Shown here in pieces: positions 40,447 through 53,271 of a stretch of 64,000 bases of DNA. The position numbers and the translations under genes were made by a program. Origin of the DNA: Eledone cirrhosa (taxonomy: Eukaryota). Below the pieces are notes generated by a model. It worked only from the letters and a program-made list of their open reading frames with translations, searched no databases and had not been told where the DNA came from. Within the stretch, counting starts at the first letter, position 1. Every line of letters starts with the position of its first letter. The stretch is from positions 80,972,001 through 81,036,000 of the forward strand of contig OZ024747.1 of NCBI GenBank assembly GCA_964016885.1. The letters run 5' to 3'.

Positions 40447-41391
40447 CATAAAGTGTTTGTGCTAGGATAAAATGCACCCAAATCACATACTAAAAGGTGA
40501 TTGGACATCCGCCAATAATAACCATGCCAAACAAATGGGTGGGAGTACTTTTACATTGTGTCAAGGACACAACAACCTCAGTGGTTGGTGCCACATTAAA
40601 ATGACCCAGTAAAACTCTGTAAACTGATTAGTGATAAGAAAATCATCTAGCTGAAGAAACATGTAAAAGACTGGAACATCTATAAGTGAGATATGATCCC
40701 TGGCCTATCTAGGAGGATAGTAGCTCCACTTAAGTACTGACGTGGTCAATCATGACCCTTAAAATCCATATCAGTATGGAAAATGAACATAAAACTACAC
40801 ACACAGACACAACCAATGGTTTTATTTTGGTTGAAAATCTCAAGATTCTCAACTAGGTTGAAACAAACCACAGATAACTTATCTAAATAACATTTTTCTA
40901 CAATTAATCTTAACTCTTTAGCATTTAAATCAGCCATATCCGGCCAGAATTCTCTCGCCTCTTTCTGGTCAAACCGGCTGTAACTGGCCATTCATATTTA
41001 TGTTAAGGTATTGTTCTCAAAATAAATAATATCAAAATCTCATAGCTTCGATATTTTGTGAGATAATTATGTAAGGTAAAGCCTTTACAGAGAAAATACA
41101 ATAGTATATATAGAGTAATGTAAATGTTAAAGGGTTAAATGTGGGTAGTACTAGGTCTAACGTTCCCAGCATGCATATGAATTAACCAACATCAGACCCA
41201 CCAAATATTGCTGTATCAATTGAACATTCATTCCATGCCCAAAACATTAAGACTCTTTTCCTACTCTATCAAGCATTAAACTAATATATTTCTTCTTTGT
41301 ACTGTGTTGTTTGTTTTGTTATTTCTGTTTATTTTTCCATATATATATATGAGAGAGAGAGAGAGAGATGATTGAATGTTCAAAAAGATCA

Positions 41392-41449
<58 letters not shown>

Positions 41450-42645
41450 TTGTGTCTGTGTGGGTGAGCAAAATCTAATATGATGTGATTGACAGAATCC
41501 ATTAAAACCCATCAACATTCATTAGTTCTAATGACTGGGTGCTGTGTTGGGTAATCCACGCATTAAAGGAAACCTAGGATTATATATTTGGAGATAAAGT
41601 GGAGAACAGGCTTCATCAGAGTTGATAAAGCCAAAAACCTCTAGGTGTACATAATAGCACGGCAACTTTGCTAAGTTAAAATATAAGTCCAGTTTTCACA
41701 GCCAACTCATTAAATTAATTTAATAAGAATAGTATCATAAATCATTTCTTCATTCTAACCAAAATATAAATAGTTGTGCTTGACTGAAATAATAAAAAGC
41801 AATTCCCAATATAACCTTGGCCCATCAAAGTAAAAAACCAATCAATCTGTATCCCCCCCCCCACCACCACCAAGATACAAAAATATTTAACAAGTAGTGT
41901 GAAATGTTTCTCCACATCTACACCTCCCTGGCCCACTATACAAATCAATTCCTTCAAACACATTTAATCAATCATCTTTATCTATAACATTCTAACAGGG
42001 ATTACACCAGACATCATAACTTGAATAAAACAAAATAAACCAAAGAAAATAGTAACTACACTCTAAAGAAGCAACACAACCAAAACATCAAAGTCAATAC
42101 CTCATTTTCTTTGAAAAACAACATGTATATTTACTCACATGAATCACATAAATTATCCCTTTCCTAACACACAATTAACAGGATCTACCACAGATCCAAG
42201 TAACCCCTCGAAAGCTGTGAAGGTCTATCCCCACAATTAGAGCATATTTTCCAGTAATGACTCATTCCCCAAATGTCATCTAAATTTGTCAAGTATGAGA
42301 TGCATCACAATAAAATTATTTCTTATTATTTTTTTATTCTCTAGAGACAGGTCGTCTGTGAAATATTTTCCAACCTATAAAACTTTCTGAAACCTTATTA
42401 ATTCATGTAGGACAATAGTTAGCACTAAATTGACAATCTGGGTGGTGGTAACTGTACTTAAAATCGATGGTCATGGTAGCAGTACAGATAGCGATTTTTA
42501 GACACACTGGACCAATGAAACTTTTGTTAATACTTGGAATAAACCCTATTGTATAGCTGATCTGTGTTATTCTGTGTCACTCCTTTATTATATATATATA
42601 TATATACATATATATATACATATAAAGTATTTATATATATATATA

Positions 42646-44180
42646 GAGAACTAGAGAAGAAATTCCAAACGTGTTATTCTGTGTCACTCCTTTATTATAT
42701 ATATATATATACATATATATATACATATAAAGTATTTATATATATATATAGAGAACTAGAGAAGAAATTCCAAACGTGGAAGCACGGCCTAGAATCAAAA
42801 GGCCTTAAAATTAACCTGGCTAAGACTAAAGTTCTAGTTTGTAGGAAAGAAAATAAGGCGGCGGTCCCATCGGGGAAATGGCCATGCTCAGTGTGTAGGA
42901 AAGGCGTAGGTAGAAACTCCATTTTATGTCCCAAATGCAAAGTATGGGTGCATAAAAGATGTAGTGGGATCACAGGTAAGCTAACTAAGAACATAGATTT
43001 TACATGTGGCCGGTGCTCTGGTGCAATAAGTAGCAGCAAGTGCCCACAAAATACTAGCTCCTTCAACTGCGCAGAGGGTTCTATAGAAATAGTGGACGGC
43101 TTCCGTTATCTGGGTGACAAAATCAGCAGTGGGGGAGGGTGCTCTGAAAGTACAGTAGCTAGAGTCAGAACTGGATGGAAAAAGTTCAGAGAGCTTATAC
43201 CACTATTAGCCGCTAGAGGGTTCTCCCTAAAAATGAAAGGCAGGTTATACGATGCCTGCATACGAACAGCAATGCTGCATGGCAGTGAGACCTGGGCATT
43301 GTGTGCAGAGGATATACGCAGACTAGAGAGGAACGAAGCTTGCATTCTCCGCTGGATGTGCAATAGTAATATACGTGAACGGCAAAGCATAAACGAACTA
43401 AGGAAAAAATTAGAAATAAGAGGGATCAGATGTTGTTTACTCGAGAGAAGGCTACGTTGGTACGGTCACGTGATGCGCATGAAAGACGACAGCTGTATAA
43501 CAAAGTGCAGGGCAATAAAGATAGACGGTAGCCACGGAGTAGGCAGACCCAGAAAAACATGGGACGAGCTGATAAATTCCGACCTCACACGCTTACACCT
43601 CTCCAAGACAATGTCACTGGACCGAGACCTTTGGCGGTACTCAGTAATAGAGAAGACCCGCCTTACCTAAATACAAAGTAAAAACCTACTACAGTCAGTA
43701 GGCACCTCTATCAAAACACACCCCCGTCCCACCACCTCCACCCCACCCACACCGCCCCTTTCAATGTAAAGTTATGTTGGTCCCACAACATCCAGGCCGA
43801 AACAAATGAGATCGTGTAGGTGTCACGACAAAAAACACACAGTCCACGCTGTAAATGTGGCCGTGTAGGCAACACGGTAAAAACCTCCCAGCCCCACACT
43901 GTAAATGTGGTTGGTGTTAGGAAGGGCATCCAGCTGTAGAAAACCCGCCAGACAGTCCACGCTGTAATGTGGCCGTGTAGGCAACACGGTAAAAACCTCC
44001 CAGCCCCACACTGTAAATGTGGTTGGTGTTAGGAAGGGCATCCAACTGTAGAAAACCCGCCAGACAGTCCTATGCGAGCAAGACAACCACTCTTGCCTCA
44101 AGTGGGAAAACCCCCGTCCAAACCCATGCAAGCGTGGAACACGGACGCTAAACCTGATGATGATGATGATGATGATGATG
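42646..44180 (+). mobile_element. RTE-clade LINE, 5'-truncated, open 3' ORF, 3' UTR and (GAT)n tail
   Basis: GLKINLAKTKV, PHD-like WPCSVCRKGVGRNSILCPKC..WVHKRC, FRYLG, LHGSETW, RRLRWYGHVMR and GRPRKTW; uninterrupted to the stop at 43670. Confidence 0.92.
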
Positions 44181-44235
44181 ATATATATATATAAATACTT
44201 TATACATATATATATATGTGTGTGTGTGTGTGTAC

Positions 44236-44576
44236 TATAAGAGTAAAAGAACAATGATTCAGTGTTGCATCATAACATATTACATATGTTTCACTATTGA
44301 ACAGCTCGAGGAAAGACCTATTATAGATCAAACCTGACTCTGTAATCAGAAGATCATCGGATATGTATTTCCTATGTGATCTCATCTCCAATTCTATGCG
44401 GAAAGATCTTCACACATAGAATTGGAGATGAGATCACATAGGAAATATATATCCAATGATCTTCTGATTACAGAGTCAGGTTTGATCTATAATAGGTCTT
44501 TCCTTGAGCTGATCGATAGTGAAACATATGTAATATTTTATGATACAACACTGAATCTTGTTCCTTTACTCTTATA
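44236..44576. mobile_element. Fold-back element family D (about 165 bp arms) with a degenerate long-stem-II hammerhead (44275-44366, -)
   Basis: Arms are reverse-complementary around about 44405. Minus strand ACATAT CCGATGA [about 60 nt] GAA ACATATGT A ATATGT. Confidence 0.75.
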
Positions 44577-44599
44577 TTACATATATATATATATATATA

Positions 44600-45075
44600 T
44601 AAATGTAATCTGAGATTTTCAAGTATTAATAATAACAATCGATTTGTTTGCAATTATGCAAACAAGCCTCAATTTTATAGCCATGTCAGTAGAATGAACT
44701 CTTCATTCTTGCTCTTGTGTTGGTATGTGAACAGAACTGCAGACATTAATGTTTCTGGGTATCACCCTTCATCAGTACAGCTCACTGGTCCCCTGCCAAA
44801 CTGTCAGAGCTAGTGAAAATATATGCTATTTTCAAAAATACACAGTGACTGATCAGCTTGATTTGCATATTAGCAGACTGGCTGATCAGTCAGATCTGCA
44901 TATTAACAGATCCACTGATCAGCCAGATTTGCATATCAGCAGACTGGCCAGTCAGTTTCCTGTATACGAGTGATAATCATTCTACTGACATGGCTATAAA
45001 ATTGAGGCTTGTTTGCATAATTGCAAACAAATCAAATGTTATTATTAATATTCAAAAAACTCAGATTACATTTAT
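44600..45075 (-). mobile_element. Fold-back element family E: about 98 bp arms enclosing a hammerhead and three 33-bp repeats
   Basis: 44600-44697 is the reverse complement of 44977-45075; lies between TA/TACA arrays. Confidence 0.78.
44734..44783 (-). ncRNA. Type I hammerhead ribozyme, canonical core
   Basis: GAGCTGTA CTGATGA A GGGT GAT ACCC A GAA ACATTAATGT C TGCAGTTC: 8-bp stem I, stem II, palindromic stem III and a GUC site. Confidence 0.82.
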
Positions 45076-45110
45076 TGTATTCAGCCATGTAGAACGAACA
45101 TTTTTTTAAT

Positions 45111-45231
45111 TATATGTATACATACATATATATACATATATATACATACATATATATACATATATATACATACATATATATCCATATATATACATACATA
45201 TATATACATATATATATACATATATATATAC

Positions 45232-45268
<37 letters not shown>

Positions 45269-45269
45269 C

Positions 45270-45303
<34 letters not shown>

Positions 45304-45407
45304 TCATACATATATATACATACATATATATATACATATATATACATATATATACATACATATATATACATATATATACATACATATATATACATATATA
45401 TACATAC

Positions 45408-45450
<43 letters not shown>

Positions 45451-45509
45451 TATACATATATATACATACATATATATACATATATATACATACATATATA
45501 TACATATAT

Positions 45510-45593
<84 letters not shown>
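45111..45593. repeat. (TA/TACA) compound microsatellite
   Basis: Directly visible. Confidence 0.9.
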
Positions 45594-45595
<2 letters not shown>

Positions 45596-46835
45596 AACAG
45601 CAGTTCAAGAGAACATATATTTTATTTCCTGCCTCCACACCAACCCAGAATGCACCACATTTCTGAATCTTTTCTTGATTGTTAAAAGGAGTGACAGGAA
45701 CAGCCCTTAGGTCTAGAAACTTTCAATATGTATTTTAACTAATTTATATCTATTATTAGCTGAAGATAATCAGATTAATAGTCATTCTTTCTGAAAGATT
45801 TTAATGTTATTATTATTATTATTATTATTACTATTATTGCTGTTGATGTCATTGCCGTTGTCGTTGATCATCATTGTCATCATCATCTTCATCATTTAAG
45901 TGAATTCTATTAATCAAATTTTCTAATATTCAGTGAATATTTTCTATGCCACTAGTTTTAATGTAGTGGATTTATATATTAATGTTGATATTGTTACTAA
46001 TATCACAGAATGATTTTTCTTATTGTTGTTTTATAACATATATTTATATATGTTTTGCTGTTGTTATTGTTTTCTATGGTGGCCATGATGCATATTTGTA
46101 CTTGGTAATGTTATTTTCATTATTACACATTATTAAATTCATTGTAATTGTGTTGTATCAGATAAGAACCCAAATAGTGTGGTGAGTGCAATGTTCTCTC
46201 TAAATGGAATTTGTGCGTCCTGGTTTTTAAGATCCCCTGGTGATAAAGCCTTTTCTTTAGTGAATATCTCTGGAAAATTGAAAGCTGACACTTTTTTCCA
46301 CCCCACCGCCGTTATATTAACATTAAGGTTTTGTACATAATCTAAGACATCTCTGACATAGTTTTCTTAGACCTACACACAAAATTTATTATTATCATTA
46401 TTGTTTATTATCATTATTACCATTTTTGTTATTATCATTATCATTGATTTCTGTCAACTATGCGAATTTTTGAAATAGTATTGAATCAGGACTAGTATAC
46501 GTTTTATTTTTTCCATTTCTGTTTTTATTTTGTTCGTTTATATCTGTTGGTTGCTTTGGCAATAGGAGACGAATGAAAAGCGGATAAGATGATATAAATG
46601 CTATAGATTTTGTGTTCAGACATAGAATACCACAATCGAAATATGAATCAAAATCAAAATCCAAACCAACAACTTATAATAATTGTTTCTACTTTTGACA
46701 CAAGGCCAGCAATTATCCCAGTACATTACTGGTACTTTATTTTATCAACCCCGTAAGGATGTAAGGCAAAGTTAACCTCAACGGTATTTGAACACAGACC
46801 GTAAAGGGACGTAACTATGCGAGAAAGCAAAATTG

Positions 46836-47808
46836 ATGCTTGCTGGGAACAGCAAGAACCCGCTGATACGTCCTGAATATCTGAGGCTGCAGGTATCGGC
46901 TTGATATTCATTTGAACAAACTTTCCAGTTAAATAACATCAATGACGGAGACTCCAATAATAATAATAATAATTGTTTCTACTTTTGGCACAAGGCCAGC
47001 AATTACCCAGTGCATTACTGGTACTTTATTTTATCGATCCCGTAAGGATGAAAGGCAAAGTTAACCTCGGCGGGATTTGAACTCAGAATGGCAGTAACTC
47101 TTAATAATAATAATAATCAATGTTATCTCGATTGTCATAGGAGCACTAGGCACTATCTCAAAGAGTTTTCATGGATGGTTAAAGAACATTAGTCCAGACC
47201 CCCTTTTTGGAACACTTCAAAAGGCATGCTTACTGAGAACAGCAAGAACTCTCTGATACATCCTGAATATCTGAGGCTGCAGGTAATGGCTTCATGTTCA
47301 TTTGAACAAACTTTCCTGTTGAATAACATCAATGACTGAGACTCCAAGAAAATAATAATAATAATAATTATTATTATTATTGTTCTTTGAGCCTCAGTCA
47401 TTGATGTTAGTTATCTGGAAAGTTCGTTGAAATGAATATCAAGCCACTACCTGCAGCCTCAAATATTCAGGACATATCAGAGGGTGCTTGCTGTTCCCAG
47501 CAAGCATGCCTTTTGAAGTGTTCCAAAAAGCGGGGCAGGGCCAATTTTCTTTAACCATCCTTGGAAACTCTTTGACATAGTACCTAGTGCGCCTATGGCA
47601 ATCGGGACGACCTTGATTTCATGGCAGTTCCAAATCCTTTTTAACTCCCACTTTAAATCCTGGTATTGGTTAATTTTCTCCCTCTCCTTCTCTTGCACTC
47701 TCGTGTCGAATGGGCAGGCCACATCTACAATAAGGAACGATCTTTTTTCCTTGTCCAAAACCACCAGGTCAGGTCTATTTTGTTCCAGTTTCTTGTCCGT
47801 CTGTATCC

Positions 47809-47840
<32 letters not shown>

Positions 47841-48699
47841 GTTCTTTGAGTCTCAGTCAATCATGTTATTTAACTGGAAAGTGTATTGAAATGAATATCA
47901 AGCCACTACCTGCAGCCTCAGACATTCAGGACGTATTGGAGGTTTCTTTCTGTTCCCAGCAAGCATGCTTTTGAAGTGTTCCAAAAAGTGGGGCTGGACT
48001 AATCTTCTTTAACCATGCTTGGAAACTCTTTGAGATAGTACCTAGTGTGCCTATGGTAATCGGGACGACCTTGATTTCATGGCAGTTCCAAATCCTTTTT
48101 AACTCCCACTTTAAATCCTGGTATCGGCTAATTTTCTCCCTCTCCTTTTCTTGCCCTCTCATGTCGAATGGGCAGGCTACATCTACAATCAGGCACAATC
48201 TTTTTTCCTTGTCCAAAACCACCAGGTCAGGCCTATTGTGTTCTAATTTCTTGTCCGTCTGAATCCTAAAATCCCATAGCACCTTCACCTGATCGTTTTC
48301 TATCACCGACTCTAGCTTCTCAGAATGTGGTAAATTGTTTACTTTGCATAGATGCCATTGGATCACCCTGCCTATCACATCATGTCTCCAGCCTTTATAG
48401 TGAGTCTGGGCTAGGTGTTTACACTTGGATACAATGTGAGCCACAGTCGCCTCTCTCTCTCCACAGTGAGCTAGCCTCCTCCTTGTTAATATGGTGTTTC
48501 ACCCTCTTTGTTCTGAGGGCTTGCTCTTGCGCAGCCATTAGCATTCCTTCTGTAGCTTTTTTAAGGTCTCCTCTTTTTAACCAGTTCCATGTCTGTGGAT
48601 CTCTAAATTCCATTTTCTTAAAGAAGGTGCTATGAAGGGATTTTTCATGAAGGTTGCTCTTCCTGCTTGTTGTTATTTACTCCTTGGACATTGCCTGGT
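46836..48699. mobile_element. Four truncated R4/Dong family 1 3' fragments: 46836-46955(+), 47118-47348(+), 47382-47808(-), 47841-48699(-)
   Basis: Each carries the same 3' end (..AACATCAATGA(C)TGAGACTC.AAG) next to (TAA)n; RLE motifs in the ORF track. Confidence 0.9.
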
Positions 48700-48750
48700 C
48701 TTATTATTATTATCATTATTATTATTATTATTATTATTGTTATTGTTATT

Positions 48751-51700
48751 CCTTGAATCTCAGTCATTGATGTTGGTTAACTGGAAAGTCCGTTGGATTG
48801 AATATCAAGCCACTACCTGCAGCCTCAGATATTCAGGACGTATCGGAGGGTTCTTGCCGTTCCAAGCAAGCATGCCTTTTGAAGCGTTCCAAAAAGCGTG
48901 AAGGGGCCGATTTTCTTTAACCATCCCTGGAAACCTTTGGAGATAGTCCCCAGTGCGCCTATGACAATCGGGATCACTTTGACTTCATGGCAGTTCCAAA
49001 TCCTTTTCACCTCCCACTTTAGGTCCTGGTATCGGTTAATTTTCTCCCTCTCCTTCTCTTGCACTCTCGTGTCGAACGGGCAGGCCACATCCACAATCAG
49101 GCACGATCTTTTTTCTTTGTCCACAACCACCAGGTCAGGTCTATTGTGTTCCAGTTTTTTGTCCGTCTGTATCCTAAAATCCCACAGCACCTTCACCTGA
49201 CTGTTCTCCATCACCGCCTCTGGCCTATGCTCATACCATTTCTCAGAATGTGGTAGATTGTTTACTTTGCACAGGTGCCAGTGGATCACCCTGCCCATCA
49301 CATCGTGTCTCCAGCCCTTATAGTGGGTCTGGGCTAGGTGTTTACACTCGGACACAATGTGAGCCACAGTCTCCTCTCTCTCTCCACAGATCCTGCACAG
49401 TGGGCTAGCCTCCTCCTTGTAGATATGGTGCTTCAACCACTTCGTTTTGAGGGCCTGCTCCTGCGCAGCCATTAGCATTCCTTCTGTAGCCTTTTTGAGG
49501 TCTCCTCTTCTCAACCAGTTCCATGTCTGTGGATCTCTAAATTCAGTTTTCTCAAAGAAGGTACTATGAAGGGATTTTCCCTTAAGGCTGCTCTTCCTCC
49601 TTGATGTTATTTCCTCCTTGGGTATCCCCTGGCCTACTCTCCCCTCCTTCAGTACAGCTCTGAGCATTGGCTCCTTACTATAGGTCACGTATTTGTATAG
49701 GTTGTTTTTCTCCATCTGAACACAGTCCTCTATGCTGATAAGACCTCTTCCACCCTCAGATCTCCTTAGGTAGAGTCTATCGACATCACTCCTCTTGTGG
49801 AACATGTTGTAGATAGTCAATAGCTTCCTAGTCTTCCTATCCATTTCTTTTTGTTCAGCAACATTCCATCTCAGAATTCCCGCACTGTACCTAATAATAG
49901 ACACAGCTCGGGAATTTACTGCGCTTATGGCATTTCTGCTGTTCAGATGTGACTTCAATACGCTCCTTACTCTCCGAATGTATTCAGTTCTTAACAATTC
50001 CTTCATTTTTTTGTTCTTTATGCCATCAGCCTCCAGAACGCCCAAATACTTGTATCCTTCCTCAGAGTCAATTTCCTTTATCATCTCACCTGTTGGTATC
50101 TGGATCCCGTTACTTCTGCTCAACCTACCCCTCCTCATCACAATGACTCCACATTTACCAATACCAAACTGCATACATATATCACTGCTGAAAATACGGA
50201 CAGTGTCAACAAGCACATCCAACTCCTTCTCACTTTTCCCGAAGAGCTTAAGATCGTCCATGAAGAGGAGGTGATTGATGGTAAGCTCTCCCCTTCCCAA
50301 CTTGTATCCTGCTCTCACTTTTCGCAGCATAATGGTCAAGGGCATCAGGGCAAGGACAAACAACAGAGGGGACAGGCTATCTCCCTGGAAGATACCTCTC
50401 TTGATCTTCACGCTTCCCAAGGATACTCCAGTTGATGTCAACTCTGTCTCCCAGGACCCCATACTCCTGCCCAGCAACTCTCTGATGTTATCTGCCACCC
50501 TGAAGATCTCCAGGCTTTTGGTGATCCAGGAATGAGGCACCATGTCAAATGCCTTTCTGTAGTCTATCCATCCCATGGCAAGATCAGTGTGTCTCCTCCT
50601 GCAATTCCCCATTACCATCTTATCAATAAGCAACTGGTCCTTTGTACCACGTGACTTCTTTCGGCATCCTTTCTGTTCGTCCGGCAACAAGTTGTTTGTG
50701 TGGAGGTGATGGTAGATTTCCTCAGACACAATGCTCGTCAACAGTTTCCACATTACGGGCAGACATGTGATAGGTCTATAGTTGGTAACATCATTACCCT
50801 TGATTCGGTCTTTCATTATCAGAACTGTGGTACCTTTTGTCAACCACTCTGGCACCTCACCCGACACCAAGCAGTCATTGAACATGGCCGTCAGCTTCGG
50901 GTGGAGGGATGTTAAATGTTTAATCCAATACCCCTGCACACCATCTGGGCCTGGTGATTTCCAGTTGGTTAGTTTTTTGGCTTGCCCCTTAAGAGTTTCA
51001 ACTGTGATACTCAAATCAGTCTGTTGCTGTGCCTGCTCACCGATCTCCCTCTGTACTGTCTCAATCCACCCTGCCTGGGCATTGTGTCTAACATCCTGCT
51101 CCCATATTCCTCTCCAGAATGTTTTAGCTTGTTCCGCCCCAGGGATCAAGTCGGTGCCTCTTTCTTTCCCCTCAAGCTGTCCAAACAGCATCTTCTGGTT
51201 GTTGTCGAACATGCGGTTCTGTTTATACTGACTGACTCTGTTCTCGTATCGCCTGATTTTGGCACTCTTTGCTACAATGCGTTGCTTCAATTCCTCTATG
51301 ATAATATTTAGCTTTTTACTCCTAGTTTTGTATTTTATTTCCAGTCTATTTTTAGTGCCTATGTTTTTTAGTGTCCCATTCAGTAGTGACTCAAGCTTTC
51401 CTATGTCATTTCTCATTTCCCCGATTTGCCCACTCAGTCGCTTCTTCCACCACGGCTCTGCTCTTTCTTGTCTGTTGTTTCCTCTCGCTTTTATACCAAG
51501 TAGTTTCCTCACCGTATTTGCTGTTGCTTTGAGGATATTGTTGCACTGGTGAAGACTCCTCGCCTCAAGGTATGGGATGACTTTGTTTACCTTAGCTGTT
51601 GTTTCTTTTAACTTTTTCCTGTCTACAAATCTTAGGTTCATAGGTCTCCCACTATCATTGTTCAACTCATCTACCACTAAATTTAGGATGTCAACCGAAT

Positions 51701-53269
51701 CTTGTCCTAGCCCGTCAGCATTCATCTCCTCAGTGGCCGTATCTCTGTTCCAGGTATTATTTATCTCAGTATTCAGATCATTGTCTGCTTCGGGTGGTTC
51801 CTCCGCTCTCAGGACCTCCTCACCTTCATTTCCCGCCGGCTCGCTTGTCTGGCATACTACACCCGCCATCTCCAAGCCATTCTCTCTGCTCAGTTCCTCC
51901 AGTTCCAGCTCGCTTATCCACCCATTAGTTCTTATTACCCGAGCCTGCCCGGCCAATTTTTGTTCATCTAATTTAAATAAACCAATCTCGTTCCAGATGT
52001 TATGCATCCGTCTCCTGTAGCCCCTCTCCTTGGGGTTACTTTTCAGGTAGCATTGCATAACAGTTCTATTCAATTCTTTCGTCCAGTTGGTTCTGGCCCC
52101 TTTCCTTCTTCTTCTTCCTCCAACATCAGCAGTATTTCGTTGACAGTCAGGTTCCTGCTGCTGAGCCAGGGGGCACCTGTTGGGTGAGAGTCTGTCACAT
52201 GACGTTCTAGTCTCCATTTCACCGTTATTCGAACTGTTTATGTTCGATATTTAAACACTCTTATCGAGGATTGGCGAATGTATGTTTACATAGCCATCTG
52301 TGGATCCGCCATCCCACTTGGCCCTTGTGTGGCATTATCACCACGCTGTATACGGACACACATAAACAAACAAACACACGGGCAGAAAGGGCCCCAAAAA
52401 TGAATAAGCATAAGTTTCATTGTAATGTAGTATTCGAATGTCTGACTTAGTTTTTGTTTTTTAAGTTTTACTTTTTCCCCCCTCTTCTCTGTCCGTCCGC
52501 CTGCCTCTCTCTTCATTCTTATTTTCTTTACGTTTTGGGGGTTTCTTTTTTTGTTTTTGTTTTTCTCTGTTTTTCTCGTTTTTTACTGTTGTTGCTGTGC
52601 TGCTTTTGTTGTTTATTTTTTCTTTTTTCTTTTGAGTCTATCTATATATTTTGATGCCTTCCTCTTTTTTAGCAGTAGGGATTCTATAATGTGGTGGCAG
52701 CAGCCAGCTAAAAGAAGAAGTGGGAGACTGGCGGCGGTAGCGATACTGAGACAGTGGTGGTGGTGATGTCGATACCGAGACAGTGGTGGCGGTGATGTGA
52801 CCGTATTACTGTAGCGATGGTGCTGTAGCGGTGGCAGCAGTGAAGGAGTGAAGGGGTGGTGGCGGCGGTGATGGGATAATGGTTGTAATGATGGCCGTAG
52901 TGATCGGTGGTGGTTTAGTGTACACAGGTGATAGGGTGGGTGGTGTATCTAGTTTCTGGTGTTGGTGAGTTTGGCTGTTCTATATAGTGTATACAGAGGA
53001 GGAGGGGGGGGGGGGGTTCTTCTTCCATTTATAGCCATTTTCTTTTTTGGATATACAGTGTACAATACAAAGTTGAATATTTGAATATTTGAGCCTTATA
53101 ACAATATATTTTGGGTCCGAATTTTTTGGGGCTCAAGCCGGGTGCTTTACGTAGCATTTGTACTAAGAGTTGTTATTTCACAAATGGTTTAAATATGTTA
53201 AAAATTCAAAACTTACGGGAGCGATTTCATGACCTCCGTCACCTCGTGCGTCTTCTTCCCTTATTCTTC

Positions 53270-53271
<2 letters not shown>
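48751..53271 (-). mobile_element. Putative full-length R4/Dong element (5' boundary uncertain)
   Basis: 3' end abuts (TTA)n at 48700-48750. The next (TTA)n in the same orientation starts at about 53271, which would imply a 5' UTR of about 1 kb. Confidence 0.6.
48825..52217 (-). CDS. Intact single ORF (1130 aa) of an R4/Dong-type non-LTR retrotransposon: RT + CCHC + restriction-like endonuclease
   Basis: KSPGPDG, NYRPITCL, DYRKAFDMVPH, GIFQGDSLSP, LFMDD, YKYLG, CRIC..ETVAHIVSEC, RPDLVVVD..IVDVACPFD..EKINRY; no stops. Confidence 0.95.
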   Translation of the reverse strand: METRTSCDRLSPNRCPLAQQQEPDCQRNTADVGGRRRRKGARTNWTKELNRTVMQCYLKSNPKERGYRRRMHNIWNEIGLFKLDEQKLAGQARVIRTNGWISELELEELSRENGLEMAGVVCQTSEPAGNEGEEVLRAEEPPEADNDLNTEINNTWNRDTATEEMNADGLGQDSVDILNLVVDELNNDSGRPMNLRFVDRKKLKETTAKVNKVIPYLEARSLHQCNNILKATANTVRKLLGIKARGNNRQERAEPWWKKRLSGQIGEMRNDIGKLESLLNGTLKNIGTKNRLEIKYKTRSKKLNIIIEELKQRIVAKSAKIRRYENRVSQYKQNRMFDNNQKMLFGQLEGKERGTDLIPGAEQAKTFWRGIWEQDVRHNAQAGWIETVQREIGEQAQQQTDLSITVETLKGQAKKLTNWKSPGPDGVQGYWIKHLTSLHPKLTAMFNDCLVSGEVPEWLTKGTTVLIMKDRIKGNDVTNYRPITCLPVMWKLLTSIVSEEIYHHLHTNNLLPDEQKGCRKKSRGTKDQLLIDKMVMGNCRRRHTDLAMGWIDYRKAFDMVPHSWITKSLEIFRVADNIRELLGRSMGSWETELTSTGVSLGSVKIKRGIFQGDSLSPLLFVLALMPLTIMLRKVRAGYKLGRGELTINHLLFMDDLKLFGKSEKELDVLVDTVRIFSSDICMQFGIGKCGVIVMRRGRLSRSNGIQIPTGEMIKEIDSEEGYKYLGVLEADGIKNKKMKELLRTEYIRRVRSVLKSHLNSRNAISAVNSRAVSIIRYSAGILRWNVAEQKEMDRKTRKLLTIYNMFHKRSDVDRLYLRRSEGGRGLISIEDCVQMEKNNLYKYVTYSKEPMLRAVLKEGRVGQGIPKEEITSRRKSSLKGKSLHSTFFEKTEFRDPQTWNWLRRGDLKKATEGMLMAAQEQALKTKWLKHHIYKEEASPLCRICGEREETVAHIVSECKHLAQTHYKGWRHDVMGRVIHWHLCKVNNLPHSEKWYEHRPEAVMENSQVKVLWDFRIQTDKKLEHNRPDLVVVDKEKRSCLIVDVACPFDTRVQEKEREKINRYQDLKWEVKRIWNCHEVKVIPIVIGALGTISKGFQGWLKKIGPFTLFGTLQKACLLGTARTLRYVLNI

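Noticed and set aside
42564-42750. N-terminal extension of the 368-aa ORF
   Set aside because: Read-through of a duplicated TA tract; the real LINE sequence begins at RELEKKFQ.
44847-44956. CRISPR-like repeat array
   Set aside because: Contiguous tandem units without unique spacers, no cas genes, eukaryotic context.
52261-52360. HDV-like ribozyme upstream of the Dong ORF
   Set aside because: A partial P3/L3/P4 pattern fits only the strand opposite to the element and lacks a good P1.
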